Of a stretch of DNA of 64,000 bases, positions 17,362 to 27,032 are shown piece after piece (within the stretch, counting starts at the first letter, position 1; each line of letters opens with the position of its first letter). Both the position numbers and the translations under genes were made by a program. Under the pieces are notes generated by a model. That model searched no databases. It saw only the letters and a list, made by a program, of their open reading frames with translations, and was not told the DNA's origin. Location of the stretch: the NCBI GenBank assembly GCA_038231155.1, contig JBBRLY010000012.1, positions 128,645-192,644 on the forward strand, given 5' to 3'. The DNA comes from Candidatus Saccharimonadales bacterium (GTDB lineage Bacteria > Patescibacteriota > Saccharimonadia > Saccharimonadales > JANWIN01).

Positions 17362-19766
17362 AACACCCACTTGTGTCAGTAATAGTCCCAACCAAGAATA
17401 GTGAAGAGTTTTTGGACTTATGTTTGCAATCAGTAAAGAACCAAACGTATAAAAATATAGAACTAATTGTAGTGGACAATAGCTCAACTGATGGCACTAA
17501 AGACATTGCTAAAAAATATACTGTGAATGTTTTTAATAAAGGTCCTGAACGTAGTGCACAGGTCAATTTTGGAGTCACAAAAGCCAAAGGACAGTATGTA
17601 TATAAAGTTGATTCTGATTTTGTTTTAGATAATAAAGTAGTAAAAGAATGTGTTGATAAAACTAGAGAGGGTTTTGATGCAGTAGTAGTTCACAACACAC
17701 CAGATGATTCGGTGAGCTGGATCGCCAAAATCAGAAAGTTTGAAGTCGATATGTATAAATACGATATCGCACATTCATCAGCACGCTTTGTAAAAAAAGA
17801 ATTCTACAATAAAATTGGAGGGTTTAATGAAAGAATTACTGCTGGAGAAGATTATGATTTTCAAAATAAATTGAACAGGGCAGACTACAAAACAGGTTTT
17901 ATAGTTGCTGAAGCTTTGCACTTGGGTGAACCAAAACATTTTTGGCCGCATATGAAGAAATACTATTTATATGGAAAAGATTTTTCTAATTACAAAGAAA
18001 ATAATCCACGTGAATCCAAAACACAATTAAAGTTTGTAAGATCTATATATAAGAAGAATTGGAGAAAGTTTGTTAAACACCCATTAAGAACATCCCTGTT
18101 TTTTTATTATATTTCTTGTAAATTTATATTTGGAGGCCTTGGATATTTGGGAAATAGTAAGGTGACATTAAAAACTGTTACTCCTAATTTAATTAGTATT
18201 GATACTGATAGATCCGGGTTCCGTGGAGCATATATTTTCAAAAATTTAAATTTCTTTCCGCAACCAATGCAACCGGCAAAATTCCACTATAAAATCCAAC
18301 AAGGCAAAATTAAATCTCCAAGTTCATATGATTTTAGAAACGGGTATTATAAAAATATTGCAGATGAATGGTTTTATGAAAGAAGCCTTCTAGGATTAAA
18401 ATTAAAGTTCCACTATAACCAGACTACTCGTACTTTTACTTATAACCGTGCTTATAGACTTATAAGATTTGAATTAGGCAGCATTATTCCTTTTGGTAAG
18501 CATTTATCAGATATTATTACCATCAATTTGTTGCTTTCAAATATATGTGTTGCGCGCGGATTTGCGTTTATGTTTGAAGATGAAGTAGTTTGCGGTATAG
18601 CACCTTCTTTTAATGGGAAAACGAGCCTGCTTAAAAACGTAGTAGATAATGGCGGTAAATATATCGCTGAAGACATATTACTCTTAGATAATAAAAACCG
18701 TCAGGTCTACACAACCGAGCCTTTCGATAATAATTACGGCCGAAAGGTTAACAAGTTATTAAACACAAGTCTTAATAATAGTAAAATCATTTTAGAACCA
18801 CAGAAATTCAGTAGAATCATTTTACTTAGTAACCTTACTTCAGCAAGAAAAAAGCAATTACAAATGCATGATCCTACTGAATTCTTTATGCTAAACTCTC
18901 AGTTATTCAACGGAAACCTATTTGCTAAAACTTACATATTTGTTAATCAGCTAGGAGCTAGAATTCAAAAAGGAAATGATAAGATATCAGGTTTATTGCA
19001 TGGTTCAAAAATTGATGAAATTAGAAATTTTAACTTTTCAAAATTAATTCAAGACACTAAGCTTAACGAAGCTCACTGGCAAAAATTAGGTTCAAAATAT
19101 AGCAAAGCCTGGAAGCCCTTAGCAAAACAAAGAATGAGTAAATGTGAGCTAAGTTTTATCAATAATGCCATTCAAAAAGATAAGTCTAAAGTACTTGATG
19201 TAGGTATTGGTAACGGCAGAATTATTAAAAATTATCTAATAAAAAATAAGGTGGAAGAAATTTACGGAATAGATATAGCAAAAAACATGGTCGATCTTTG
19301 TGTAAAAAATTTAAGAGACAGTCGTATCAAAGACCTACGTGTAGTTAATATTTCTACAGATAAATTGCCATATAAAACCAAATTTGAAGTTATATCGGCC
19401 ATACGAGTACTTAAATATAATTCTGAGTGGAGAAGAATTATTCAAAAACTTAGTAGGCATCTCAATACAGACGGTGTATTAATTTTTAGCGTATCTAATA
19501 AAAATTCGTTAAATAGATTTTCTAAATATGATATTAAGTCCTACAAAACTACATTAAAAGAACTTAAAACACTGACAAAGGAATTTGGACTTGAAATAAT
19601 AGACGCGAAATCTTTTACACGAGTACCAGATAAATTTTATGATGTCTCAGATAAAATTACTTACCAAAAGCTAATAATACTGACCGAGAAAATCTTGCAA
19701 GCTATTTGCGGCTCCCAACTCTTCGGAAGAGAGCTATTTGTTGCAGTAAATAAGAAGTCTTCATGA
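17358..19766 (+). CDS. Tri-domain fusion: GT2 glycosyltransferase + HprK-C-like P-loop domain + class I SAM methyltransferase
   Basis: Residues 1-230: VSVIVPTKNSEEFL, IVVDNSSTDGT, AGEDYDF (GT2). Residues ~395-445: ARGFAFMFEDEVVCGIAPSFNGKTSLLKNVVDNGGKYIAEDILLLD (P-loop, HprK-like). Residues ~600-760: VLDVGIGNGRII...IYGIDIAKNMV...DGVLIFSV (methyltransferase motifs I, II and post-II). Confidence 0.7.
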   Translation: MKHPLVSVIVPTKNSEEFLDLCLQSVKNQTYKNIELIVVDNSSTDGTKDIAKKYTVNVFNKGPERSAQVNFGVTKAKGQYVYKVDSDFVLDNKVVKECVDKTREGFDAVVVHNTPDDSVSWIAKIRKFEVDMYKYDIAHSSARFVKKEFYNKIGGFNERITAGEDYDFQNKLNRADYKTGFIVAEALHLGEPKHFWPHMKKYYLYGKDFSNYKENNPRESKTQLKFVRSIYKKNWRKFVKHPLRTSLFFYYISCKFIFGGLGYLGNSKVTLKTVTPNLISIDTDRSGFRGAYIFKNLNFFPQPMQPAKFHYKIQQGKIKSPSSYDFRNGYYKNIADEWFYERSLLGLKLKFHYNQTTRTFTYNRAYRLIRFELGSIIPFGKHLSDIITINLLLSNICVARGFAFMFEDEVVCGIAPSFNGKTSLLKNVVDNGGKYIAEDILLLDNKNRQVYTTEPFDNNYGRKVNKLLNTSLNNSKIILEPQKFSRIILLSNLTSARKKQLQMHDPTEFFMLNSQLFNGNLFAKTYIFVNQLGARIQKGNDKISGLLHGSKIDEIRNFNFSKLIQDTKLNEAHWQKLGSKYSKAWKPLAKQRMSKCELSFINNAIQKDKSKVLDVGIGNGRIIKNYLIKNKVEEIYGIDIAKNMVDLCVKNLRDSRIKDLRVVNISTDKLPYKTKFEVISAIRVLKYNSEWRRIIQKLSRHLNTDGVLIFSVSNKNSLNRFSKYDIKSYKTTLKELKTLTKEFGLEIIDAKSFTRVPDKFYDVSDKITYQKLIILTEKILQAICGSQLFGRELFVAVNKKSS

Positions 19767-19787
19767 AACCAAGAAGGATTTGAAAAA

Positions 19788-20969
19788 GTGAGAATTATAC
19801 ATTTTGAACTTGCTAAAACTGGAAATGGTATCAGTGGGGGTGAGAGTTGCATGGTTCAAACGATTAAATATCTTGCTGCCAATAAAATTAGCAATGTTAT
19901 AGTTACAAATCAAAAAGGGCTCAAAGTGTATTCGTCTTTAGGAGTAAAAGAGGGTAAATATATTGAATATAAAATTGTAAAATCCATAAACAACGATGAT
20001 AATAGTTTATTAATCTTCTTTTCTTATATATTGGCAACATTTCGGTCCGCTAAATTGTTAAAAAAGTTTAAACTTCAAAAAGACGACCGACTAATATGCC
20101 ATTCTTATTTTTTCCCTAATTCTATTTCTACATATCTTTTGGCTAGAAGATATAGTAAACCTAAAGTTTTTTATTGGTATCACGCAGTAGCACCACCAAT
20201 ATTAAAAGGGTATAAAGGCGAGTTTACTAATGCTTATAATATTCCCACTCTTACAACAATTCACAACTCCTTTAATCAATATTTATACAGATTACTGACT
20301 CTTAAAAGTGGCGTGATAATCAATATTAACCCTTTTTATACCCAATACTTAAAAAAGAGATTTCCAAAAAATAAATTATTTACATTGAAATACTTTTCTA
20401 TAGTAAACGCAAGTGCTAAAATAGTTTCCAAAAAAAAATATGATATATGTTGGATAGGGAGATTCCAGGAATTAAAAGGCCTAGACGATTTTATAAAAAT
20501 ACTAACAATTGTTAAAAGAAAATACCCTAAATTAAAAGTTGTATTAATTGGTGGTGGTAATGAAAATAGTACAAACAAATTTCAGAAAAATATTAAAGCT
20601 AAAAGGCTCAACAGAACTGTTAACTATAAAGGTTTTATAATCACTAATAAGAGATTCAATTTTTTAAGTAGATCAAAAGTTTTTGCAATGACTAGTATTC
20701 ACGAAAGCTTTGGGATCGTTAACATCGAGGCTATGAAGTTAGGTATTCCAGTAGTTGCTTTTGACTTACCTACTTTTAAAATTTTTAAAAGAGGCATTGT
20801 AAAAGTTCCGATTTTAGACCATGAAAAGTTTGCTGATCAATTACTAAGGTTAATTAAAAATGAAAAATATAGAATAAATGTTGCAAAAGAAGCACGCATT
20901 TTTGCAAATTACTTTCAACCTAAGAAGACGCAAGAACAATTGTTAAAAATAATTACACAAATTTCATGA
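19788..20969 (+). CDS. GT4 glycosyltransferase
   Basis: The C-terminal HESFGIVNIEAMKLGIPVVAFDLPTFKIF matches the GT4 E-x7-E motif region. Confidence 0.75.
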   Translation: MRIIHFELAKTGNGISGGESCMVQTIKYLAANKISNVIVTNQKGLKVYSSLGVKEGKYIEYKIVKSINNDDNSLLIFFSYILATFRSAKLLKKFKLQKDDRLICHSYFFPNSISTYLLARRYSKPKVFYWYHAVAPPILKGYKGEFTNAYNIPTLTTIHNSFNQYLYRLLTLKSGVIININPFYTQYLKKRFPKNKLFTLKYFSIVNASAKIVSKKKYDICWIGRFQELKGLDDFIKILTIVKRKYPKLKVVLIGGGNENSTNKFQKNIKAKRLNRTVNYKGFIITNKRFNFLSRSKVFAMTSIHESFGIVNIEAMKLGIPVVAFDLPTFKIFKRGIVKVPILDHEKFADQLLRLIKNEKYRINVAKEARIFANYFQPKKTQEQLLKIITQIS

Positions 20970-23900
20970 ATAATATAAAAAAAAAATCGCTAGCCCTATT
21001 AACATTGTTTGTAGTAGCTATACCGATCTTAGCGCATTTTGGTATTCATACCATTCAAAGCTATACTGATTTTTTTATTCTAAATAGCCATAAGATACAA
21101 GATATTTTCTTTTCATGGACACAAAACAATTTAGGTCAATCAAATCTTAGTACGCTTTGGAGGATATTCCCTCTAGATTTTTATTATTATCCCTTAAATT
21201 ATATTATTCATATCCCTACTAACATTACACATAGTATCTTTCTATTCCTTTTGTTAAGCAGTGGATGTTTGTCATTTTATTTCTTTATCGGGGAATATTT
21301 TAATCGTCTTTTACCTCAGTGGGCTGTTTGGTTAAGTTCATTATTCTTTATTTTCAACGCCTATACCATGATTAACATTTCCGGTTCTTTTGCATTTTTA
21401 GCTGCTTATGTAGTCTTACCACTCCAACTTTTATTATTTATTAAAAGCATTCGCAATAAGAAGTGGTTTAAATATTTAATTTTGCTCGCAATAGTTAATG
21501 CCGCTGTGTTTGGCGTTAATCTAGCGTTTGCGTTTATAGACTTTGGTTTGTTGTTGGCATTTGGATTTTGGGAATGGGGAATATTGCATAACATAGAGTT
21601 TTGGGGAGTATTCAAGAGAATATTAATAGGAGGATTTTTTAGCTTGCTGTTATGTGTCTGGTGGTTTTATCCATTAACAGCAGGCAATAATTTAGATCGT
21701 CAAACATCATCATATGTATTAAACAGTGAAGGATTTTATAATTTAGACTCCAGAGTTGTTAATATATTTAGAAATTTTGGAGACTGGGGATTTTTTAGTG
21801 GTTATAAGGGGCAGGATTACCGACATTACGCACACTATTATAGAACAAACGCTTTGGTTATTTTTAGCACGTTTTCATTTTCAATTTTAATTTTAATAAG
21901 CTGTTTAGTTTTTCTTAAAAATAGGGAAAAGCGTTTTTATAAAAAAATATTATTCTTTTATCTTTTAATATTTGCTTTGCTGCCGGTAATAGGTGGGACA
22001 AACATAAGTTGGCCAACTCGCAGGGTGGCCATTTGGATATTTGCTAATGTACCCCTGGCTTTAATTTTCCGTAACACCTATAAATTTATGTCAGTGGTTC
22101 TTTTTTGCTACGCTACAATCCTGGCTCTATTTATTGGATACTTGGTATTGAAAATCAGGCAAAGAAAATTATCTAAAACATATGAAGTAATATTAGGTAC
22201 GGCTGTACTATCATTGATAATAATTAGTACTTTTCCTTTTTGGACCGGCAATTTGTATGAAAATAGCTCACAAACTACCAAACTTCCTTACTATTGGAAC
22301 CAGTCTGCAAGCTATGTTAATCAAAATTTGGATCCTTCAAAAGACCGTATTTTGCTATTACCCAACCAATACTTCCCTGTGTTTCAATGGCCTGAGGGTC
22401 GAAAATCATTTCCGGGTGAGTTTACGACCATAACTTTCAATACGCCAGTCGTATTTAACACCTGTAAAGGTTGTGGGCAATACTACACTTCTTTGGTGCA
22501 AAAATATATCTACGACAATTTGGAGAAAAAGAATTTTGATAAGTATTTGGGCCTCATCAATATTTCCACACTTTTGCAGCGCAATGATTACGACTATAAG
22601 TACTATAATGTTCAGTCACCTGACGAAATAAAATCTTTAATTTCTACTCATCATAATGTCCAATTGGGTAAAACTATAGGCAAACTTGATTTCTATAATC
22701 TAAAAAATTCTATTGTATACCCTAGGATATATAGTCCCGATCGTGCTATAACGGTTGACACACTAGACGATGCTCTCAATAGTTTCGATGATTTTAATCA
22801 ACAAGGGCATAAGAATGCGATTGTACTAACAGCTCAATTAAGTAAGCAGGACAAAATTACTCCAAATAATTCGAATGGTTACTTCAAATTATTCAATCAA
22901 GACAAGGCTAATATTAGAGGAGACACACTTGAACAATTCATCGATATTAGACAAGACTCTAGATACCAGCTAATCATGCGTGAGACTAAGAATTCAGTGT
23001 TTGTTAAAAAAGATAAAGACAATAATAAAAATGTAGATATCGCAAATCAAAGCGAAGTATTACATGAAGGCAAGTATGAATTTAGTACGCAAATTGAAAG
23101 AGAAAAGCAGAACTTAATATCAAATGGTTCGTTCGAACACGGAAATTGGCAAAAAACGGTGGGCGATTGTCAGCAGCAGATTGATAATCCTCCGGTTAGC
23201 ATGAAATTGGTAAACGATTCGACGCAAGGCAGTAGAGCTCTACAACTTTCTGCGGATTTGGAAGTAGCTTGCAATTACTCCGATCCAATAAAAAATTTCG
23301 ATAAAAATAAAAACTACGTTGCCTCTTTTGATTACAAAATACTGAAGGGTAAGTTTGCATCCTATTGTATTTGGGATGGCAATAGCTGCATTAACTCTAG
23401 GGAATTTAATAAAAAAGACTCTGATTGGCACCATATAGAAATATCTATTGAACCAAACCAGGGATCAAAACAACTTATAGTTTTTTTATATGCATCGGCA
23501 GCTGATGGAACGCCAGCGACTATTCGCTACGACAATGTTTCTATACGAGCTTTGAAGTATAACGTATTAAGTCAATTCTCGTTGTTACCTCAACACGTCA
23601 AGTTTGTGGATCCACTCAAGATTAGTTCTACAAGACAAATTAATCCTACACATTTCCAGATCCAGGCTTCAATTTATACAAGAGGCCTACTTGTTTTTCA
23701 AGAATCGTTCCATGCAGGGTGGCGAGCATTTATTCGTCCAACAAGTGGAAAGAAATTATCTTGGTGGGAATATCCGCTACTAAAAGAACCTGGATTTATG
23801 ATATCTGGTAAGAATCATATTATTACAAACGGATTTGGAAATGGTTGGTGGATTGATCCTGCTCAGATACCCAAAAATTTCCAAAGCGCTGACGGTAATT

Positions 23901-24166
23901 ATCAAATAACTTTAGAGTTTTGGCCCCAGCGATGGTTTTATGTAGGGTCTGTTATATCTGGCAGTACATTTATATTATGTATTGCATATTTAATTTATGA
24001 CTGGCGTAAAAAAAGTGATCCAACACCTAAAGGGAATCGACCTAAATTCTCACTTAGAGACTCTGGGGAATCTTGGATAACACAGCGAGTGAGAATAGAT
24101 ACTAGACAATTCCGGACTTCCCACAAACCGAGTGTGCCTAAAACCAAAAAGAGACTAGTGCAATGA
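20966..24166 (+). CDS. Large polytopic GT-C-type glycosyltransferase (AftD/DUF3367-like) with extracytoplasmic carbohydrate-binding-like domain
   Basis: There are about 13 N-terminal TM segments and a large soluble region containing NGSFEHGNWQKTVGDCQ...ALQLSAD...IRYDNVSI (CBM4/9-like jelly-roll pattern). A final TM follows (FYVGSVISGSTFILCIAYLIY). The family call is by architecture only. Confidence 0.55.
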   Translation: MNNIKKKSLALLTLFVVAIPILAHFGIHTIQSYTDFFILNSHKIQDIFFSWTQNNLGQSNLSTLWRIFPLDFYYYPLNYIIHIPTNITHSIFLFLLLSSGCLSFYFFIGEYFNRLLPQWAVWLSSLFFIFNAYTMINISGSFAFLAAYVVLPLQLLLFIKSIRNKKWFKYLILLAIVNAAVFGVNLAFAFIDFGLLLAFGFWEWGILHNIEFWGVFKRILIGGFFSLLLCVWWFYPLTAGNNLDRQTSSYVLNSEGFYNLDSRVVNIFRNFGDWGFFSGYKGQDYRHYAHYYRTNALVIFSTFSFSILILISCLVFLKNREKRFYKKILFFYLLIFALLPVIGGTNISWPTRRVAIWIFANVPLALIFRNTYKFMSVVLFCYATILALFIGYLVLKIRQRKLSKTYEVILGTAVLSLIIISTFPFWTGNLYENSSQTTKLPYYWNQSASYVNQNLDPSKDRILLLPNQYFPVFQWPEGRKSFPGEFTTITFNTPVVFNTCKGCGQYYTSLVQKYIYDNLEKKNFDKYLGLINISTLLQRNDYDYKYYNVQSPDEIKSLISTHHNVQLGKTIGKLDFYNLKNSIVYPRIYSPDRAITVDTLDDALNSFDDFNQQGHKNAIVLTAQLSKQDKITPNNSNGYFKLFNQDKANIRGDTLEQFIDIRQDSRYQLIMRETKNSVFVKKDKDNNKNVDIANQSEVLHEGKYEFSTQIEREKQNLISNGSFEHGNWQKTVGDCQQQIDNPPVSMKLVNDSTQGSRALQLSADLEVACNYSDPIKNFDKNKNYVASFDYKILKGKFASYCIWDGNSCINSREFNKKDSDWHHIEISIEPNQGSKQLIVFLYASAADGTPATIRYDNVSIRALKYNVLSQFSLLPQHVKFVDPLKISSTRQINPTHFQIQASIYTRGLLVFQESFHAGWRAFIRPTSGKKLSWWEYPLLKEPGFMISGKNHIITNGFGNGWWIDPAQIPKNFQSADGNYQITLEFWPQRWFYVGSVISGSTFILCIAYLIYDWRKKSDPTPKGNRPKFSLRDSGESWITQRVRIDTRQFRTSHKPSVPKTKKRLVQ

Positions 24167-25803
24167 AAAAGATATGGCTGAATTACGGCCTATTAGCACT
24201 ACTGATAATGGGTCCAATGCTACTTGGAGGTTACATCCTGACCTTAGACATGGTCTTTACCCCTCATATTCCAGCTCCAACAGTAATCAGTAACTTATAT
24301 ATCTTGCAGTGGCTAATGCATATTGTGAACTACGCATTACCTAGCCAAATCATTGAGAAGCTAATAATATTCAGTATTTTGCTAGTTAGCGGAGTAGGAA
24401 TGCACTTTTTAGCCAATCTAGTTTGGCAGCATGTAGCAATAGGTAAGAAACAGATATCAGAAAAATCTGTAGCTCTTTATACCGCTGGAGTGCTATATGT
24501 AATTAATCCATTTACCTATGAACGCTGGATGGCCGGTCACTATTTATTCTTGGGGGGTTACGCTTTATTACCATGGCTAATTCGTACCTGCCTAAAATTC
24601 GTTCATAAGCCCAGTCAACGAACTGCGTATCAATTGGCTTTATGGCTAACAGCTATCGCCCTAGTTTCTGTACACATTTTGGTAATAGCCTTAATAGCGA
24701 TATTAGTATCATTAGGCTTAAATTTTAAAACTAAGACCAAACAACTATTGAAGCCACTGGTCATATTTGTTCTAACTTTTATAACACTAAACTTATTTTG
24801 GCTGATCGGCGTCGTAAATGGCAGTTCACCGATAAATCAAACAATTAGAACTATAGATAACAGCCATCTGGAAGCTTTTACCACTTCCGCAAATCCTAAG
24901 GCAGGCTTACTACCCAATGTAATTGGACTACGCGGCTTTTGGCTAGAAAGATTTCATCGGTTTGCCCTACCAAGCGCCAATACCGGGCTTGGCGTCCTAA
25001 TATTTTTATTAGTTTTCAGTCTTATAGTTCTTGGTGCCCGTCAGCTTTGGCAAATTAATAAAAGACTGGCATTAAGTGTTGGCGGACTAGGGTTACTGGG
25101 CTTTATATTGGCAGCTGGGGTACATGCTCCCCTATGGGGCAGGGCAAATCGCTGGCTTATACTTCATGTTCCTGGAATGCGCGGATTCCGCGAACCGCAA
25201 AAATTCAGTGTTTTACTGGTTTTAGCCTACTGTATATTTGTTAGTTTTGGGGTTAACTGGCTAGCCAATAAACTGGCTTCTTATAAACCCAGCAGAGCTA
25301 ATTTAGCCTGGGGAAGCTTAGTATTGGTAGGACTTCTAACACCAACTATGCTACTAGGTTTTGGTGGCCAATTAAAACCAGTTAACTATCCGGCTAGTTG
25401 GTACAGTTTTAATAACCAATTAAAGACCGAAAAAGGCAGTTATAAAGTACTATTTTTACCGTGGCACCAGTACATGAGCTTTGACTTTAATCCCCGCATT
25501 ATTGCCAATCCGGCACCCAACTTTTTCGATAAACCTGTAATTGCCGGTGATAACTCCGAATTTGGCACGGTTTTTAGAGATACCTATAACCCGACTAGTG
25601 ACTATATAGAGCAAAAAATCCTTGGCCAGGCCGGAATCCCGGATATGGGCAGCCGACTAGCCAAAATTAATGTTAAATATGTGCTGCTAGCCAATGCCCC
25701 GGATACAAATAAATACGACTTTTTAAATCACCAATCCCAACTAAATGAAGTAGTGTATAGTTCAAGCCTCAGAGTTTATCTAAACACGGAGTATAAAACT
25801 TAA
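24163..25803 (+). CDS. Polytopic membrane protein, probable second GT-C-like transferase
   Basis: 546 aa with more than 10 TM segments and a C-terminal soluble part. It is translationally coupled to the upstream GT-C gene. I recognise no specific motif. Confidence 0.4.
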   Translation: MKKIWLNYGLLALLIMGPMLLGGYILTLDMVFTPHIPAPTVISNLYILQWLMHIVNYALPSQIIEKLIIFSILLVSGVGMHFLANLVWQHVAIGKKQISEKSVALYTAGVLYVINPFTYERWMAGHYLFLGGYALLPWLIRTCLKFVHKPSQRTAYQLALWLTAIALVSVHILVIALIAILVSLGLNFKTKTKQLLKPLVIFVLTFITLNLFWLIGVVNGSSPINQTIRTIDNSHLEAFTTSANPKAGLLPNVIGLRGFWLERFHRFALPSANTGLGVLIFLLVFSLIVLGARQLWQINKRLALSVGGLGLLGFILAAGVHAPLWGRANRWLILHVPGMRGFREPQKFSVLLVLAYCIFVSFGVNWLANKLASYKPSRANLAWGSLVLVGLLTPTMLLGFGGQLKPVNYPASWYSFNNQLKTEKGSYKVLFLPWHQYMSFDFNPRIIANPAPNFFDKPVIAGDNSEFGTVFRDTYNPTSDYIEQKILGQAGIPDMGSRLAKINVKYVLLANAPDTNKYDFLNHQSQLNEVVYSSSLRVYLNTEYKT

Positions 25804-25804
25804 A

Positions 25805-26287
25805 ATGGCTCAAAGACCAAGTTATAAGGTAGGAAACGAATTTATCCATCCCCGAACAGTCGATGTAAGACGGGTAAAGATGAGAAAACTATTTAGACCA
25901 GCGGGAAGAATAGTCCGGAGGGCAGTGGAACCCCCGGTACGAATCCAATTTAAGCCAGTTAAAGTTACCCCAACCACCAAGCATAGTTTTATAGATAGTT
26001 TTGCTTACGATCTATTATTTATTAGCATATCGGCATTTTTGTATGGCAATATCCCATATAGTGACGGTCTATTTTTAGCCTACCTTCTTGCTGCCTTAAT
26101 CTTCAAAATATCGTCTGAGAGGGTATTTAAATCAGCATTATTTTGCCTAGTGTTAATACCACTTTCAACGTTTATGCACAGGCAAGAATTAGCTAATAGC
26201 TTCGCTATATTTACTTTTTACTTCTTAAGTATTGGTGTAATAAAAGCTATTATGGAGTTACCAAAAACCAGTGGAAAAACATTGTAA
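25805..26287 (+). CDS. Small membrane protein
   Basis: A basic N terminus is followed by 3-4 TM segments. The gene lies 1 nt after the previous stop. Confidence 0.45.
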   Translation: MAQRPSYKVGNEFIHPRTVDVRRVKMRKLFRPAGRIVRRAVEPPVRIQFKPVKVTPTTKHSFIDSFAYDLLFISISAFLYGNIPYSDGLFLAYLLAALIFKISSERVFKSALFCLVLIPLSTFMHRQELANSFAIFTFYFLSIGVIKAIMELPKTSGKTL

Positions 26288-26380
26288 AAAATCTCACTTA
26301 CATTTTGTCTAAATCAGTATATGCTTAGTATACGTTGCAATAAAGTTGTAGCTATTTAAAAGTAAGGTATAAATAAGTTT

Positions 26381-26680
26381 ATGCAATTAAATAAACCAGC
26401 CAAGAAGTCGATTATCAATAAATTTATCTTCGGTACTGCCGGAGTTATATTAGCGGCCGCAATTGGCTATGGCACAGTAGCTGCTCAAAATACTTCTGAT
26501 ACCGGTACTGGTTATGTCACGGAAAATAATACCAATAACATCAATGTCAGTAATTCTAATAATCAGAACGCTTCAACTGGCAATGCGACTGTCAGTGGTA
26601 ATACCAACGGTGGAAACGCCACTAGCGGTAATGCTAGCAACTCCAATACGACTAATACCAATATTACCGTAACTAACTAG
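26381..26680 (+). CDS. Small secreted/anchored Asn-Ser-Thr-Gly-rich protein
   Basis: Signal/anchor segment FIFGTAGVILAAAIGYGTVAA. A 64-residue low-complexity region follows, with 9 N-x-S/T triplets (NTS, NNT, NVS, NAS, NAT, NAT, NAS, NTT, NIT). Confidence 0.6.
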   Translation: MQLNKPAKKSIINKFIFGTAGVILAAAIGYGTVAAQNTSDTGTGYVTENNTNNINVSNSNNQNASTGNATVSGNTNGGNATSGNASNSNTTNTNITVTN

Positions 26681-26798
26681 CTTCTTCGAAAATCTTAACA
26701 ATTGTTCTATAACTGTTTGCATTTATCTAATAAATATACTATAAATTAATGCTTAACTTCATTTAGAGGTTATTTATTTTTAATTCTAAGGTAATATT

Positions 26799-27032
26799 AT
26801 GAATTCCAAAGAACCTCAACCAGAACCAAGTGAAGCTGAGTTATTCGAAAAACCAGCTACGTCTCGCGTAATTGCGATTATGTTCATTACGTTTTTGGCA
26901 GTTGGGGGACTTAGTGCAGGTGAGGCCGAGATCCATGATCTTGTTACTAATGATAGCAGTGGCTTTAAAACTCATTTACCTACGCCCACTACAACCACCA
27001 CTTCAGATACTTTTAACATTGTTACTGGTTAA
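26799..27032 (+). CDS. Small membrane protein with Thr-rich tail
   Basis: 77 aa with one TM (VIAIMFITFLAVGGLSAG) and PTPTTTTTSD. Confidence 0.4.
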   Translation: MNSKEPQPEPSEAELFEKPATSRVIAIMFITFLAVGGLSAGEAEIHDLVTNDSSGFKTHLPTPTTTTTSDTFNIVTG

